A stretch of 64,000 nucleotides of DNA from Escherichia phage ELT3: sequence record PQ368571. One strand, 5' to 3'. Position 1 is the stretch's first letter. Each line of letters opens with the position of its first letter. The notes beneath the pieces were generated by a model, which worked only from the letters and a program-made list of their open reading frames with translations, was not told the origin of the DNA and searched no databases. A program made the translations under genes and the position numbers. Below, one piece after another: positions 45,360 to 55,941 of this stretch.

Positions 45360-46292
45360 TCAGAACCAGTTAGTGACAGTATTCACCACACGCCCACCAA
45401 CGCCATTTAGACGCGATAAAGCATTACCAGCAGCAGATAACCCACTATCAAGTAAATTATTGCCGAAAGTGTTTGTTATTGCGTTTATTGCCTTATCCTC
45501 AATCCATTCTCGCGCGGCTTGCTCTCCTACAGCACCAGTTTGCATAGAACGATATGCGAAAGTAACATCGAATGTTGTAATTTCGTTGTTGTTTTCATAG
45601 GTTAATTCCGGTGCACTCACACCAACAGGAACACAACCATTAAACATCATGATCGTGTGAGGAACTCCCATTCGGTTATGTAAGTTGACCTGAATATCTG
45701 CTTCAACGTCAACAGGAAGCGCACGAAGCCCTGTAACGGGGTCTTCTACTGAGTTAACCCAATCCTGCATTGCTCGATAGTTTGATGCGCTAGAGTCCAT
45801 TCTAAAGCTAAATACAAGCGGATCGAAATCACGTCCGGTAATTCGAATGTTTGGCGCATTGTGGTTACGGTCCATTTCATAATTCAATCTGTTTTCTGGA
45901 ACCTTAACAGCATACACCAGAAGACCGCTTGTCTTATATGCCATATTGAACCAGTCAAGCGCATATGTACCAACATCAAATTGCCCCAGAAGAGATTGAA
46001 CTACGCGGGATGACATTGCACCTAAAAGATACTTTTTGACACCAGATGAATCAACAGCACGCCTAACACCCTGTACAGCAAGATTTGTTAATGCGTCAGT
46101 ATAATCACCACGAGTAATCCCGAAATAGTCATTTAATGCATTTGGTATAATATCATATACCGCACCGCCCATACTTTCTAGGATCGCTTGTGTCTTATTA
46201 CTTGGAGTGGTGGCAAATGCCACGCTGAATAAGTTAGATCGCTGAAAGTCAAGGTTAGCGGCTTGTTCGTTAAAGTCATTTAAATCAAACAT
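45360..46292 (-). CDS. 54: baseplate tail-tube initiator gp54
   Basis: 310 aa; synteny (alt-54-48-29-28-27-51) and similarity to T4 gp54 as recalled. Confidence 0.75.
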   Translation of the reverse strand: MFDLNDFNEQAANLDFQRSNLFSVAFATTPSNKTQAILESMGGAVYDIIPNALNDYFGITRGDYTDALTNLAVQGVRRAVDSSGVKKYLLGAMSSRVVQSLLGQFDVGTYALDWFNMAYKTSGLLVYAVKVPENRLNYEMDRNHNAPNIRITGRDFDPLVFSFRMDSSASNYRAMQDWVNSVEDPVTGLRALPVDVEADIQVNLHNRMGVPHTIMMFNGCVPVGVSAPELTYENNNEITTFDVTFAYRSMQTGAVGEQAAREWIEDKAINAITNTFGNNLLDSGLSAAGNALSRLNGVGGRVVNTVTNWF

Positions 46293-47350
46293 TATGCCGC
46301 ACTCCCAAATATAGTACCACGGGAAAGTGTCAAGATCTCTCTAAATGATACTTCCAGGACAAAGGTACTCGGCAAGTTAGGAGAAATAGCAAGGCCATTA
46401 AACTTACCATCAGGCGACTTGTCCAGACGTACACTTGAGATCTGAGCGGGACCAAATGCATCGCTACGCCCTTCAAACGATGTACGCTTACCGAAGTTAG
46501 AGATCATCCATATTGTCGGGTTAGATACAGTAATTGCGTTTGATAGAAAATCGGTGATCCCTTCAAACAGAGTATCATTTCTCTTCGCTTCCTCTGGGGT
46601 GGATTTTCTCAATAGTGTATTTTTATACCACGCATCAACTTCCGCTTTTAATTCTTTTGCGGTGCTGGAAATACCACTAGAACCATAAGACAATTCTAAA
46701 AACGTTTCGTATATGATCAGAATATTGCGAAGGTCTTCAATACTACGTGGGGTTAGATGCCATACGTAGTTTTTAGTTCGTGCGTCAGCACCCGCATACA
46801 TGCTTCGCGCAGTATTATAAATCTGTTCACCGTGATCGGCAAGGTATCCACCAGTAATACTTTCGATACCACCAAAAACGGCAGTAGATGCCATATTAGA
46901 AAGAGCACCGCCTAAAGTACCACCGCCGCGAGAGATGACAGATTCACCAACATCATTAAACTTATGGCTAGCAGCGTCAACGTCAGATTGACTACGAGGA
47001 AGAAGAATATTAGCAATTGCCTCTCGGTCAAATGCAGCATTTCTCCCACCCAAATTTAAATCAAAACCAGCGATATTAACGCTACCGCCAAAACCGCTAG
47101 CAACATTTTTCTTTTTCCTGAAATCACGCAACGATCCAGTAGTACGAGATGTATAATCGTATGCAGTGAATAACAGACCATTATTATATAAGTCGTTGAT
47201 ATAATAACCGCTAGCATCATTACCGCTAGCACGTTCAGCGGGGAATTGAGCGGTTAATGTTTTCCCTTTATTTTTTGAGGTAAAACCAGCGGAGGTTTTA
47301 ACCCCCGCTTTAAAGCTATCAACGGCATCATTGATAACACTAATTTTCAT
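46292..47350 (-). CDS. 48: baseplate tail-tube cap gp48
   Basis: 352 aa; synteny and size versus T4 gp48 (about 364 aa). Confidence 0.7.
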   Translation of the reverse strand: MKISVINDAVDSFKAGVKTSAGFTSKNKGKTLTAQFPAERASGNDASGYYINDLYNNGLLFTAYDYTSRTTGSLRDFRKKKNVASGFGGSVNIAGFDLNLGGRNAAFDREAIANILLPRSQSDVDAASHKFNDVGESVISRGGGTLGGALSNMASTAVFGGIESITGGYLADHGEQIYNTARSMYAGADARTKNYVWHLTPRSIEDLRNILIIYETFLELSYGSSGISSTAKELKAEVDAWYKNTLLRKSTPEEAKRNDTLFEGITDFLSNAITVSNPTIWMISNFGKRTSFEGRSDAFGPAQISSVRLDKSPDGKFNGLAISPNLPSTFVLEVSFREILTLSRGTIFGSAA

Positions 47351-49083
47351 TAAAAGTTCCCCATATTAATTGTACCGGGGGCATCAATTCTAGTTGTTGG
47401 TGCACCCTGTTTAATAGTTCTATTGTTTGTTACAATTTGTGTATTATTTACGTTTGAGGTCTGATTTGTCGTTTGTTGCTGGATTGCAGCTTGTTTCTGC
47501 ATTTGTTCAGTACGCTCCGCTTGTTTTGCTGTTTCCGTTTCAGTTGCCGGAACTGGCTGTGTTTGCACAACACCCTTAGTTTTATCAGCATACATCTCAT
47601 CAAATTTTTCAATAAGACGCTCTAACTGAGAACGATCACTTTCAACTAATGTAGGATCTTGAACTTTCTCACGGTAAACATCAATATCCTTTTTCAACTC
47701 TCCCATTCTTTCTTTGTCATAGTCACCGCTCAAATTCTCCATAACTTCATTAATATTATTGATCGCTCCCTCGCTTTTAATTTTAAGTTTACGACTAGCA
47801 GATCGTTGTTCAGCAGAAACAGACTTGTATTCCCCGCGCTTTAACTCTTCTTGTCGTTTCTCTGCGTCAACATCCTTTTGATCTCTCCAACCCAGACTAA
47901 CAAGACCTTCGTTAACTTTATCCTTAATAGAATCCCCAATAGCTTCGCCAATATCACGGGCTTTTCCGGTCCACCCTGTGCGCTCCCCGTATTTGTCCTC
48001 TTCGTGTTCAGACTCGACCTTATCCATTAATTCGAGTTCTCTTTCATTTGGCGTATAGCCTTGAGCGACAGCAGATTTTAAAGCACCATATTCTAACTTA
48101 TCGGCATAATCACCCATACCAGGGATCATGCGAAGAATTTTAGCAATACCAGTAGTGATAATTCGATCAAGTTGGATAAAGGTTTTATAGAATGCATCAC
48201 CAATACCCATAACCAGCGATTTAATTAATTCTCCATATTCACCTTTAGACCAATAATCTCGAACTTGACGAATAGTTGTTAGAATATCACTAATTGGTCC
48301 AGCCCATTCTCCGGCCTTATCCATAAATTCATCGAATTGTGTTTCGAATAAATCACTCCAATATCTGAAATGAACCATCAGGGTATCAATGACAAAAACA
48401 ATACCCATCAAAATAGCACCCCATTTTGCGGCTTCTGCCATAGCGGTCAAAGTGATCTTAAATAACATCCCTAAGACCTTATTAGAGATACCTATGGTTT
48501 CTTTAAATCCTCCACGAACAACTTTAAGAAGATTTTCCATAGAATCCGCATTACGCTTATCTGTGGCGTTCTTTTTCTTTCGGTCATCAACATCTGGTTT
48601 TTTCTTCGGAAGACCTTGATAGTTGTCATTATTAGGCTGTTCCGGTACAGTAGGCAAAACTGGCTGAGGTGATGGCATTGTTTGCGGTTGTTCCGGTTTT
48701 TTCAGTGCTTCTTCAATCGCACCAATACCGCTAGCCATTTTACTGACAACACCAAATCTACGTTCCATCATAACACCAAAACCACGTAATTTCTCATTCA
48801 TCTGAGAAGAGAAATTATTGAGTTTTTGCAATTCTTCATAAGTTTTTTGGGTATTGCCAGCGGTAGATTGTGTATTTTCTGCCGTCAATTCATTGGCTGC
48901 GGTGTTATCCTCTACCGCACCAACAACTTCATTAGATTTTTGTTCTACTGTCTCCGCCACCAATTCGGTAGCGGCTTGCAGATTATCAATAGAATCAAGT
49001 TTATCTAACTTGTTAAGTTTATCAATCGGGTTTTCTTCCGCTTCCTTGCGCATCCCGCGAAATGATGTTAATGCGTCATTCAT
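47350..49083 (-). CDS. 29: tail tape-measure / baseplate hub protein gp29
   Basis: 577 aa; synteny and size versus T4 gp29 (about 590 aa). Confidence 0.7.
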   Translation of the reverse strand: MNDALTSFRGMRKEAEENPIDKLNKLDKLDSIDNLQAATELVAETVEQKSNEVVGAVEDNTAANELTAENTQSTAGNTQKTYEELQKLNNFSSQMNEKLRGFGVMMERRFGVVSKMASGIGAIEEALKKPEQPQTMPSPQPVLPTVPEQPNNDNYQGLPKKKPDVDDRKKKNATDKRNADSMENLLKVVRGGFKETIGISNKVLGMLFKITLTAMAEAAKWGAILMGIVFVIDTLMVHFRYWSDLFETQFDEFMDKAGEWAGPISDILTTIRQVRDYWSKGEYGELIKSLVMGIGDAFYKTFIQLDRIITTGIAKILRMIPGMGDYADKLEYGALKSAVAQGYTPNERELELMDKVESEHEEDKYGERTGWTGKARDIGEAIGDSIKDKVNEGLVSLGWRDQKDVDAEKRQEELKRGEYKSVSAEQRSASRKLKIKSEGAINNINEVMENLSGDYDKERMGELKKDIDVYREKVQDPTLVESDRSQLERLIEKFDEMYADKTKGVVQTQPVPATETETAKQAERTEQMQKQAAIQQQTTNQTSNVNNTQIVTNNRTIKQGAPTTRIDAPGTINMGNF

Positions 49084-49598
49084 GATAGGCGATCCAATAT
49101 GTTAATTCCACCATAGATAGTACCTTCCGGTGTATCAAGTGCAATAGTTTTTCTTAATCCTGTAGCCCAATCCATAATAAAAGCTGGGAAATCATGGAAG
49201 TCTACACTAGGATCGTGATAATGATGACTCAAGAAATCAGCGTCATCGATAATGGGGTCAGAAGTATACATTGGATTTTTAAATTTAAAGACTTTACCAT
49301 TTAAAGTAAATTCAGTCTCTGTACAAATATACACATCAGACAGCTTAAGACCATCTTTTTCTTCCAGACACTTACCATTAAACGCACAAAGGTTAAGCAT
49401 AACCAATTCAGACTCGGCAGCGTTTAACCCAGGACAGATTGAATCAAGAAGAATCTTTAATGTTTCATCACAGCTACGAACATCTTTTAATAATCGATGT
49501 TGCTTAATCCCCATTTTTGGGATCTTGATATGTTTCCCGTTTATCTCTAATTTTTTTACAGGAACAACAAATTTTAACATAGGTTTAGTTTCTGTCAT
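49080..49598 (-). CDS. 28: baseplate distal hub subunit gp28
   Basis: 172 aa; synteny. Confidence 0.65.
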   Translation of the reverse strand: MTETKPMLKFVVPVKKLEINGKHIKIPKMGIKQHRLLKDVRSCDETLKILLDSICPGLNAAESELVMLNLCAFNGKCLEEKDGLKLSDVYICTETEFTLNGKVFKFKNPMYTSDPIIDDADFLSHHYHDPSVDFHDFPAFIMDWATGLRKTIALDTPEGTIYGGINILDRLS

Positions 49599-50707
49599 TA
49601 TATCTTACCTTCAAATTTGACTTCCTGTAATTCTTCGCTGTTACCGATCATATACAGGTGAGTTAATGATTGCTCTCGGCTAATTTCATGCACCACTTCG
49701 TCAACAATAAAATCATTGCGTGCTTGTTGCTTCTCATCAAAGAATCGAATAACCATACCGGGGCGCAACGAAAAATTACCGTGACACACGGCGGTAGCAT
49801 ATGAATCATATTGTTCTATTGTGGCAAGTTTAGAACCTTCCAAAAACGCATTCTTATAAGTTAAATTACCATAAGCGCCACCATGAGCAAAGTGTGCAAT
49901 ATTATCCCCATTACCAACAACAATTTTATTATACTGCTTAGTAACAAAATCAATAGTTGTGTATGTCACATTGCTAAATGAATTTTTAACTTTAGCATTG
50001 CTCTTAGTCTGCCACTCGAAATTAAAAACCATCAGATTAGGCGACATATCAATAAATTGCCCCATGAGTCTAGGCTCACAGATTATAGCTGGTATTGGCT
50101 CATTTTTTAATATTGTATCGTGTCCAGCGATCGTTATACCATCAAAATCTTCCCAGCAATACACGAAAGACTCGGTTTCTACGCTTTGCCCGTATGCCCT
50201 AACAAAATCCATATAGTCATTTATGGTACTAACCCACGGACAACGAGGAATAACAACGTTATCACCCTTTATAGTAGGTTTCCATAAAGGAACTTCCTTA
50301 TAGATGGCATCAATCATACTGGTTACGTTATTAACAGCGTTATTTGTCAATGCGCGAGAAAATTTAAGGTTTAGTGTTTCGTGATAGCTCTTTAACTGGA
50401 ATGTTAAAATGTTGTCAGATTTTTGGTCAATAGTTACATTACTATGAGAGATCCCATAGATTCGGTTGAACACTTCATCTGTGTTGGCAGTGGATAGCGA
50501 AATCTGAATAATCTCTCGTCCGTTTAATTTTGTATGCATCGCTTTATTATCATAGAATTGCAACAATCCTTCGTTCACCCCACGAATCGAATCACGCAGA
50601 GTCATTGTAACAAAGGTAGCACCCAATTCTATAAAGCGATGATTTAGAAACGCCTCATAATCCTGATAAAGTTTTATTGAGACATTAGGAAACCCCGTTC
50701 TTTGCAT
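49598..50707 (-). CDS. 27: baseplate hub subunit gp27
   Basis: 369 aa; synteny. Confidence 0.7.
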   Translation of the reverse strand: MQRTGFPNVSIKLYQDYEAFLNHRFIELGATFVTMTLRDSIRGVNEGLLQFYDNKAMHTKLNGREIIQISLSTANTDEVFNRIYGISHSNVTIDQKSDNILTFQLKSYHETLNLKFSRALTNNAVNNVTSMIDAIYKEVPLWKPTIKGDNVVIPRCPWVSTINDYMDFVRAYGQSVETESFVYCWEDFDGITIAGHDTILKNEPIPAIICEPRLMGQFIDMSPNLMVFNFEWQTKSNAKVKNSFSNVTYTTIDFVTKQYNKIVVGNGDNIAHFAHGGAYGNLTYKNAFLEGSKLATIEQYDSYATAVCHGNFSLRPGMVIRFFDEKQQARNDFIVDEVVHEISREQSLTHLYMIGNSEELQEVKFEGKI

Positions 50708-51455
50708 TGTTTGCCTCTTTTACGTCTTTCTCGACCAGTGTCAGTGCAATGTTTCTCTCGACGGGCAACATGTCCATAAGATCACTGATAGAATAATTTG
50801 ATTTTGCCAATAGATGGTTTATTCGATAAAAGATGAATAACTCATCTGGATTCAACAACAATTTGAATAATGGAAGAAGACCTATGTATTTCAGGTCATG
50901 ACTTTCACAACAAGATATCTTTTGTTCGATCTTGATCGTGTGCATCTGCTTAACAACTTCTTCAAATTCAGCAAATGAGATTGAATCGATAACCTGTTCT
51001 CTGACTTCTTCCGGTAATTCAGTCCATAGATAATCATTAACACCATCAGATACACGCTCTATCGCATCCAGAAACGTTTTTGCATAGTCGGTTGATGGTT
51101 TAACATACCGGAAAGTTATTTTAAGCCCTGCGGCCTCCAGAACGATTGGTTTTAGTGCTTCAACCTGTAAGTTAAGCAACATTCTTCTTTCTTTGTTGCA
51201 AGTCGGGCAAGTAAAACAAAGCGGTATCTTCGTTTTACCAATTGAACTAGTAAAGACATTCAGGAAAATATATTCACGAAATGCCGGATCTACATCTGGA
51301 TATATTTCTTCTAATAGCTCATCAAGAATCGTGTGTTCTTCTTCTGGATTCATCTTAATTTCAGTTGACACCAGAAGGAAATCTCTATAATCTTTTACCG
51401 TGAATGGTTTAAATCTCTGCACACCTTCCGGTAGTTTTATTCGGATAATATTCAT
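50685..51455 (-). CDS. 51: baseplate hub assembly catalyst gp51
   Basis: 256 aa; synteny; shares a Cys motif with the divergently transcribed gene 26. Confidence 0.65.
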   Translation of the reverse strand: MNIIRIKLPEGVQRFKPFTVKDYRDFLLVSTEIKMNPEEEHTILDELLEEIYPDVDPAFREYIFLNVFTSSIGKTKIPLCFTCPTCNKERRMLLNLQVEALKPIVLEAAGLKITFRYVKPSTDYAKTFLDAIERVSDGVNDYLWTELPEEVREQVIDSISFAEFEEVVKQMHTIKIEQKISCCESHDLKYIGLLPLFKLLLNPDELFIFYRINHLLAKSNYSISDLMDMLPVERNIALTLVEKDVKEANNAKNGVS

Positions 51456-51475
51456 GGTATAATCCCCCTTTCGGG

Positions 51476-51483
51476 TATTTATA
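51476..51483 (-). promoter_or_regulatory. T4-type late promoter TATAAATA upstream of gene 51
   Basis: Minus-strand TATAAATA about 21 nt upstream of the ATG at 51455. Confidence 0.55.
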
Positions 51484-51525
51484 AAATACTAAATAATTCT
51501 ATGTGTTTATAAAGGGTGTTTTATT

Positions 51526-52155
51526 ATGCAATACTTTTTCAAGATCCAATTAGGCGAAAAGTTAATACACGCCCGTGCTTTCACCTTCGGCGAATTTCAA
51601 AAACTGGTAGCAGCAAAAGAGACTGGCAAGCTGTCAGAGGTTGTTATAGAGATCATACATGAATGTACGGGGATCAATGCATTAGAGCTAGAGAAATGCG
51701 AAGCAGAATATATTTTTCTTCTCTTATGGTGTCACAGCCTAAATAAGATGAAAATTGATGCTACTTGGGTATGTGGTGTATGCAATAAAGAGAAAGTATA
51801 TTCTCTTGATGTTTCACGCACACAGATACCAGAAGTTGAACCGTATATTCTGGACTTAGGTCAAATAAAAATTAAATTTCGTCAACCTAAGTTTACAGAA
51901 GATGTTGATATTATGCAGATGGTAATTGCATGTATCGAATATATCGTGATCGGCGATCAGCAATTCAATATAGACGACCTGAACGCACAGGACTTTGACC
52001 GTGTGTTGGATATGCTTACCACGGATAAAGTGGAAGAAGTGATCGACGAGCTAACAAGAAATCAAATCACGCTGGCAGTACCGATCAAATGCGAATGCGG
52101 GGAATCTGGTGTATATTCATTATCAGGTCTATCCAGTTTCCTTAAAATTCTTTGA
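51526..52155 (+). CDS. 26: baseplate hub subunit gp26
   Basis: 209 aa (T4 gp26 is 208 aa); synteny with gene 25. Confidence 0.7.
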   Translation: MQYFFKIQLGEKLIHARAFTFGEFQKLVAAKETGKLSEVVIEIIHECTGINALELEKCEAEYIFLLLWCHSLNKMKIDATWVCGVCNKEKVYSLDVSRTQIPEVEPYILDLGQIKIKFRQPKFTEDVDIMQMVIACIEYIVIGDQQFNIDDLNAQDFDRVLDMLTTDKVEEVIDELTRNQITLAVPIKCECGESGVYSLSGLSSFLKIL

Positions 52156-52550
52156 GGTATAACATGGCAACTATTAATCAGATGTATACTGATTTGGATC
52201 TCAATATATCCAGATCATGGAATAACGACGTTAAAAAGAACATAGGAATTAAAGCGGTTAAGGATTCGATTCTACTGATCGTTACTACTCGCAAGGGATC
52301 TCGTCCATTTGATCCACTGTTTGGATGCGATCTCAATAAATCACTGTTTGAGAACATGAACCCACTGACAGTGGACACCTTATCAAAAAACATCAATGAG
52401 GCGATCCGAAACTATGAACCACGGGTCCGAAACCTGACAGTAGAAGTAACTCCGCAGTACGACGATAACTCAATCATAGTATCAATCTACTTTTCAGTAA
52501 TAGATAACCCAGATGATCTTGAACAACTACGCATAAGACTTGCAAAGTGA
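52152..52550 (+). CDS. 25: baseplate wedge subunit gp25
   Basis: 132 aa; strong similarity to T4 gp25 as recalled (TTRKGSRPFDP.FGCDL...LFENM.PLT.DT, RNYEPR, FSVIDNPDD.EQ). Confidence 0.9.
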   Translation: MRYNMATINQMYTDLDLNISRSWNNDVKKNIGIKAVKDSILLIVTTRKGSRPFDPLFGCDLNKSLFENMNPLTVDTLSKNINEAIRNYEPRVRNLTVEVTPQYDDNSIIVSIYFSVIDNPDDLEQLRIRLAK

Positions 52551-52597
52551 TTTTGTGTGTGATATGATATAGGTCTTAGTGTGAATAAGGGGATATT

Positions 52598-53005
52598 ATG
52601 GACCTAAACGATTTGAAAGAACAATTAGAAGCTGACATGAAGATCGATGCGACTAAGTTGCAATGGGAGGCGCTGAATAATCCGGTAGTATACTCAAAGT
52701 GGTTAAGGATTTACAGCGAGGCGAAAAGAGAGACGATTGCTCTTGAGGCTAAAAAGAAAAAGGCTATGAAAAATCGTCTTGACTTTTACACTAACCGTAG
52801 TGATGACTGGTGTCGCGCTGAGTATGAGAAATCAGAATTGAAAGTTGTCATGGCAGCAGACGACGAGATCTTACCACTTGATACGAAAATTGCATACTAC
52901 CAGATGGTAATGGATTTCGCTGGTCGCGCACTTGATATCGTTAAATCTCGTGGATTTGCGATCAAGAATGCTATAGAATTGCGTATGCTTGAATCTGGTC
53001 GCTAA
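52598..53005 (+). CDS. uvsY: recombination mediator UvsY
   Basis: 135 aa; similarity to T4 UvsY as recalled (TKLQ.EA.NN...YSKWL, YEKSE.K.V..AD, KSRGFAIK). Confidence 0.88.
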   Translation: MDLNDLKEQLEADMKIDATKLQWEALNNPVVYSKWLRIYSEAKRETIALEAKKKKAMKNRLDFYTNRSDDWCRAEYEKSELKVVMAADDEILPLDTKIAYYQMVMDFAGRALDIVKSRGFAIKNAIELRMLESGR

Positions 53006-53026
53006 ATACATGCAGGAGGAATTTTT

Positions 53027-53203
53027 ATGAAAATCTGTATTTGTTGTAAACAACCTGTCGAGGATGCGTTAGCCGTCCAGACAGAAAACGGCGTTGTTCA
53101 CACTGGCTACTGCTTACAGCTAGTAACAGAACGTTCGATTAGTGAAGATGCGAACGGCGAAGAACAAGAACAACTCGTAGAGCAAACAATGCTGTTAATG
53201 TAA
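53027..53203 (+). CDS. small Cys-rich protein (58 aa)
   Basis: KICICCKQP...GYC; positioned like the uvsY.-1 family. Confidence 0.4.
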   Translation: MKICICCKQPVEDALAVQTENGVVHTGYCLQLVTERSISEDANGEEQEQLVEQTMLLM

Positions 53204-53236
53204 TTTGTTGATAACCGATTTTAATTGGTTTATTTT

Positions 53237-53262
53237 GCCCCATCATTGATGGGGCTTTTTTA
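53237..53262 (+). terminator. Intrinsic terminator
   Basis: gccccatcattgatggggc followed by tttttt. Confidence 0.65.
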
Positions 53263-53266
53263 TATC

Positions 53267-53503
53267 TTAAAAATCCTCTTCTGGCTCCTCTTCTGGCTCG
53301 TTGTCGGCCTCCAATTGCTTACGGCGTCCAGCGATGGCATCACGGATCGAAATATCATCAGCAGGTTTCAATTCTGTTTCTTTCTTGCGCTTCTCATAAT
53401 ATGCCTCAAGTTCATTTAATCCCTCGATAGTATTACAAGAATAAATCTTACTCATGAAACCGTCAATAGCGGCCTCAACCAAAAAACGTTTAAAGCTAAT
53501 CAT
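53267..53503 (-). CDS. uvsW.1: UvsW.1-like small protein
   Basis: 78 aa ORF immediately downstream of uvsW on the same strand (T4 UvsW.1 is 76 aa); acidic C-terminus. Confidence 0.6.
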   Translation of the reverse strand: MISFKRFLVEAAIDGFMSKIYSCNTIEGLNELEAYYEKRKKETELKPADDISIRDAIAGRRKQLEADNEPEEEPEEDF

Positions 53504-53546
53504 TTTTAATCTCCGTAGAATAAAGGGGCATTAAAGCCCCTATTTA

Positions 53547-55064
53547 TTAAATCTCGATGGTTTTCGTGACATATTCGAATCGATCGGTGTTGTAAATTTT
53601 TATTCTTTCAAGGGCATGTTTAAGAGCATAATTAAGGTGACTAAACTGTTTCTTAGCATTCTTGCTCTTTGTCTTCACCGCCAGATGATCTATAAGATCC
53701 CAAACGGTAGCAATATCCTTAGAACCATGTTTACGCAATGCACGACCGATACTCTGACGAACGATAGTTGATTCCTTCACTGGATGACCGAAAATAACAT
53801 GGTGCAAATTCTTAATTGAAACACCAGTAGAGAACACACCATAAGACGCAACACAAATGATCCCTGTGTCACCCTCCGCCATTTTCTTAAATTCATCACG
53901 TTCTTCTGTCTTAACTCCACCGTCAATATAATAAACCTTGTCGTGTACCTTCTGTAACGCATCATACATAAGTTTTCCGTGCTTAGTATTGCGGAACATC
54001 AGGAATACGTTTTCGCCCTTCTTAGCGAGTTTTAGCGCCAAATTACAAGCAAACTTATTTCGTCGTGGGTTAGACGTAATATACTTGATCTCTTCCGCAT
54101 ATTCTCTACCCTTAACCGCGCTACATTCCTCATCGGTATAACGAAGGAAAAGACAGTTAATTTTCAGTTTTGTCACCTGCCCTTCTTCCATCAGGCGGTC
54201 AATACTCACGATCTTAGAAATATCACCGAAAAGCCCGACATACTGCATCATGTTAGCTTTCCCGTCACGAGGGGAACCAGTCATGCCGATCTTAAACTGG
54301 CAATGATCCATATCAGTAACGATGTTTAGCAGGTTTTTAGCAGTAGCCTTGTGACATTCGTCAACAATAACCATCCCGAATTGTTGGAACCACTCACGAG
54401 GCTGTTTACATGCTGATTGCCACGTACTAACAACGATCAGGCGATCACCTACGTGTTTACTAGTACCGCTCATGATAGTATGAATTGCTTCATAAGGAAA
54501 CTGGCGATAATCAACAAAATCATCACGCATTTGCAGCACTAGCGACGTGGTAGGAACGATGATCAGCACTTTCCCTTCGTAGTTCTCTAAGTACCAACGA
54601 GACAACATACAAGCAATCGCAGATTTACCAGCGGACGTAGGCAAAACTAACATACGGCGTTTATGATGAATACCTTCAAAGACAGCCTTTGATTGATACC
54701 AGTGCGGGGTGATCCTGTTAGCACCGGAATATAATTCTAAGTCATTACACCATTTTGTAATTTCTTCTTCTGTAACTTGTTCTTTTTCGAATAAGCGAGG
54801 ATCTACCCATACGCTATAGCCCATATTTTTAGCGAAGATTCCCACGGTTTTAGTTAGGCCGATTGGCAGCTTTCCGTTGTAATCTAAAAGACGAATACGC
54901 CCATCCCATCCACCATACTTAAATCTTTTTTGGAACCGCGCTCCCTCGACTTCAAAACTAAAATAATCTCGCATTTCTAATAAAATTGAATCGCTACATT
55001 CAATTTGAACATGGGAGTAGTTCAGAAAGTGAATTTTAATATCTTGCATAGCGAATAGCCTCAC
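53547..55064 (-). CDS. uvsW: UvsW DNA/RNA helicase
   Basis: 505 aa; similarity to T4 UvsW as recalled (PHWYQ, Walker A LPTSAGKS, EGKVLIIVPTT, DECH, GSPRDGKANMMQYVG, IGR.LRKHGSK). Confidence 0.9.
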   Translation of the reverse strand: MRLFAMQDIKIHFLNYSHVQIECSDSILLEMRDYFSFEVEGARFQKRFKYGGWDGRIRLLDYNGKLPIGLTKTVGIFAKNMGYSVWVDPRLFEKEQVTEEEITKWCNDLELYSGANRITPHWYQSKAVFEGIHHKRRMLVLPTSAGKSAIACMLSRWYLENYEGKVLIIVPTTSLVLQMRDDFVDYRQFPYEAIHTIMSGTSKHVGDRLIVVSTWQSACKQPREWFQQFGMVIVDECHKATAKNLLNIVTDMDHCQFKIGMTGSPRDGKANMMQYVGLFGDISKIVSIDRLMEEGQVTKLKINCLFLRYTDEECSAVKGREYAEEIKYITSNPRRNKFACNLALKLAKKGENVFLMFRNTKHGKLMYDALQKVHDKVYYIDGGVKTEERDEFKKMAEGDTGIICVASYGVFSTGVSIKNLHHVIFGHPVKESTIVRQSIGRALRKHGSKDIATVWDLIDHLAVKTKSKNAKKQFSHLNYALKHALERIKIYNTDRFEYVTKTIEI

Positions 55065-55119
55065 TCAATAAATACAGTATACAAATATTTATACAAACAC
55101 CCCCAATCAGGAGAATAAC

Positions 55120-55845
55120 ATGTTTGATAAAGAATATTTCGAAGAACTCCGCGCTATTGCGGCGTCCGACGACAAAGAAGCACAGAAAACAGCTAAAACA
55201 GAATTAGCTGACTACGCAAAACAATTTGATATTAAGGTCAAAAAGACTTTATCACTAGAGAACATGATCGAGTTCGTAGAAACCGAATTAACTAAACTGG
55301 CTTCCGAAATGGAAGAAGAAACTCCGGCAGAAGGAACCAGTATTAACGATCTTATTCTGGCAGCAGACACCGCAGATGATAAAGTGGTATTCGACGAAGT
55401 TGACCCGTCTCTGGTTGAAGCAATGAAAGAAACTGAGATCGTCATTGAAGAAACAAAAGAAGAATCTCCAGCAGTTGAACCAGTGGTCGAAGAAGTTAAG
55501 TCAGATGTTGAAGAAGCACCGGAAGTTAAAGTGGAATCTCCGGTAGCCAACATTTTCTCTAACGAAGCAGAGCATCGTTCCCCAGCACATGACACTGATT
55601 CATTTTGCGATCTTACTGGCTTCCGTCCGACCATTTGCTTGATCGGTGGCGGTCGTGGTTACTACTCCTGCCCGTGGTGGATTTTCGACTGGATCGTTAA
55701 TACTCCAGATTGGAAGAAGTATCCAGAGCGTTTCCCGCACGCGTATGTACACGACACCCTCAAGTCACTGATCTATTATATCAAACGCGATGGGTCTGTC
55801 AAGGTGCGAGAGACTAAACATAGCCAATTCCACACACTCAAGTAA
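55120..55845 (+). CDS. Inh-like protein with acidic central region and Hoc-like C-terminal module
   Basis: C-terminal WWIFDWIV resembles Hoc C-terminal WWVFDEIV in this window; position upstream of hoc matches T4 inh. Confidence 0.4.
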   Translation: MFDKEYFEELRAIAASDDKEAQKTAKTELADYAKQFDIKVKKTLSLENMIEFVETELTKLASEMEEETPAEGTSINDLILAADTADDKVVFDEVDPSLVEAMKETEIVIEETKEESPAVEPVVEEVKSDVEEAPEVKVESPVANIFSNEAEHRSPAHDTDSFCDLTGFRPTICLIGGGRGYYSCPWWIFDWIVNTPDWKKYPERFPHAYVHDTLKSLIYYIKRDGSVKVRETKHSQFHTLK

Positions 55846-55941
55846 TTTTTGGGTGATAAAAGTTGTGAAATATTTGTTATAATTTTAATTGTAGTTCCGT
55901 TATGCAATTAAAAAGAGGATACTACATGTCTAACAAAATCA

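Noticed and set aside
53225-53419. 64-aa plus-strand ORF
   Set aside because: Starts inside a terminator hairpin and overlaps the better-supported minus-strand uvsW.1-like gene.
55212-55634. 140-aa minus-strand ORF
   Set aside because: Antisense to the acidic region of the Inh-like gene; a Ser/Thr-rich translation typical of shadow frames.
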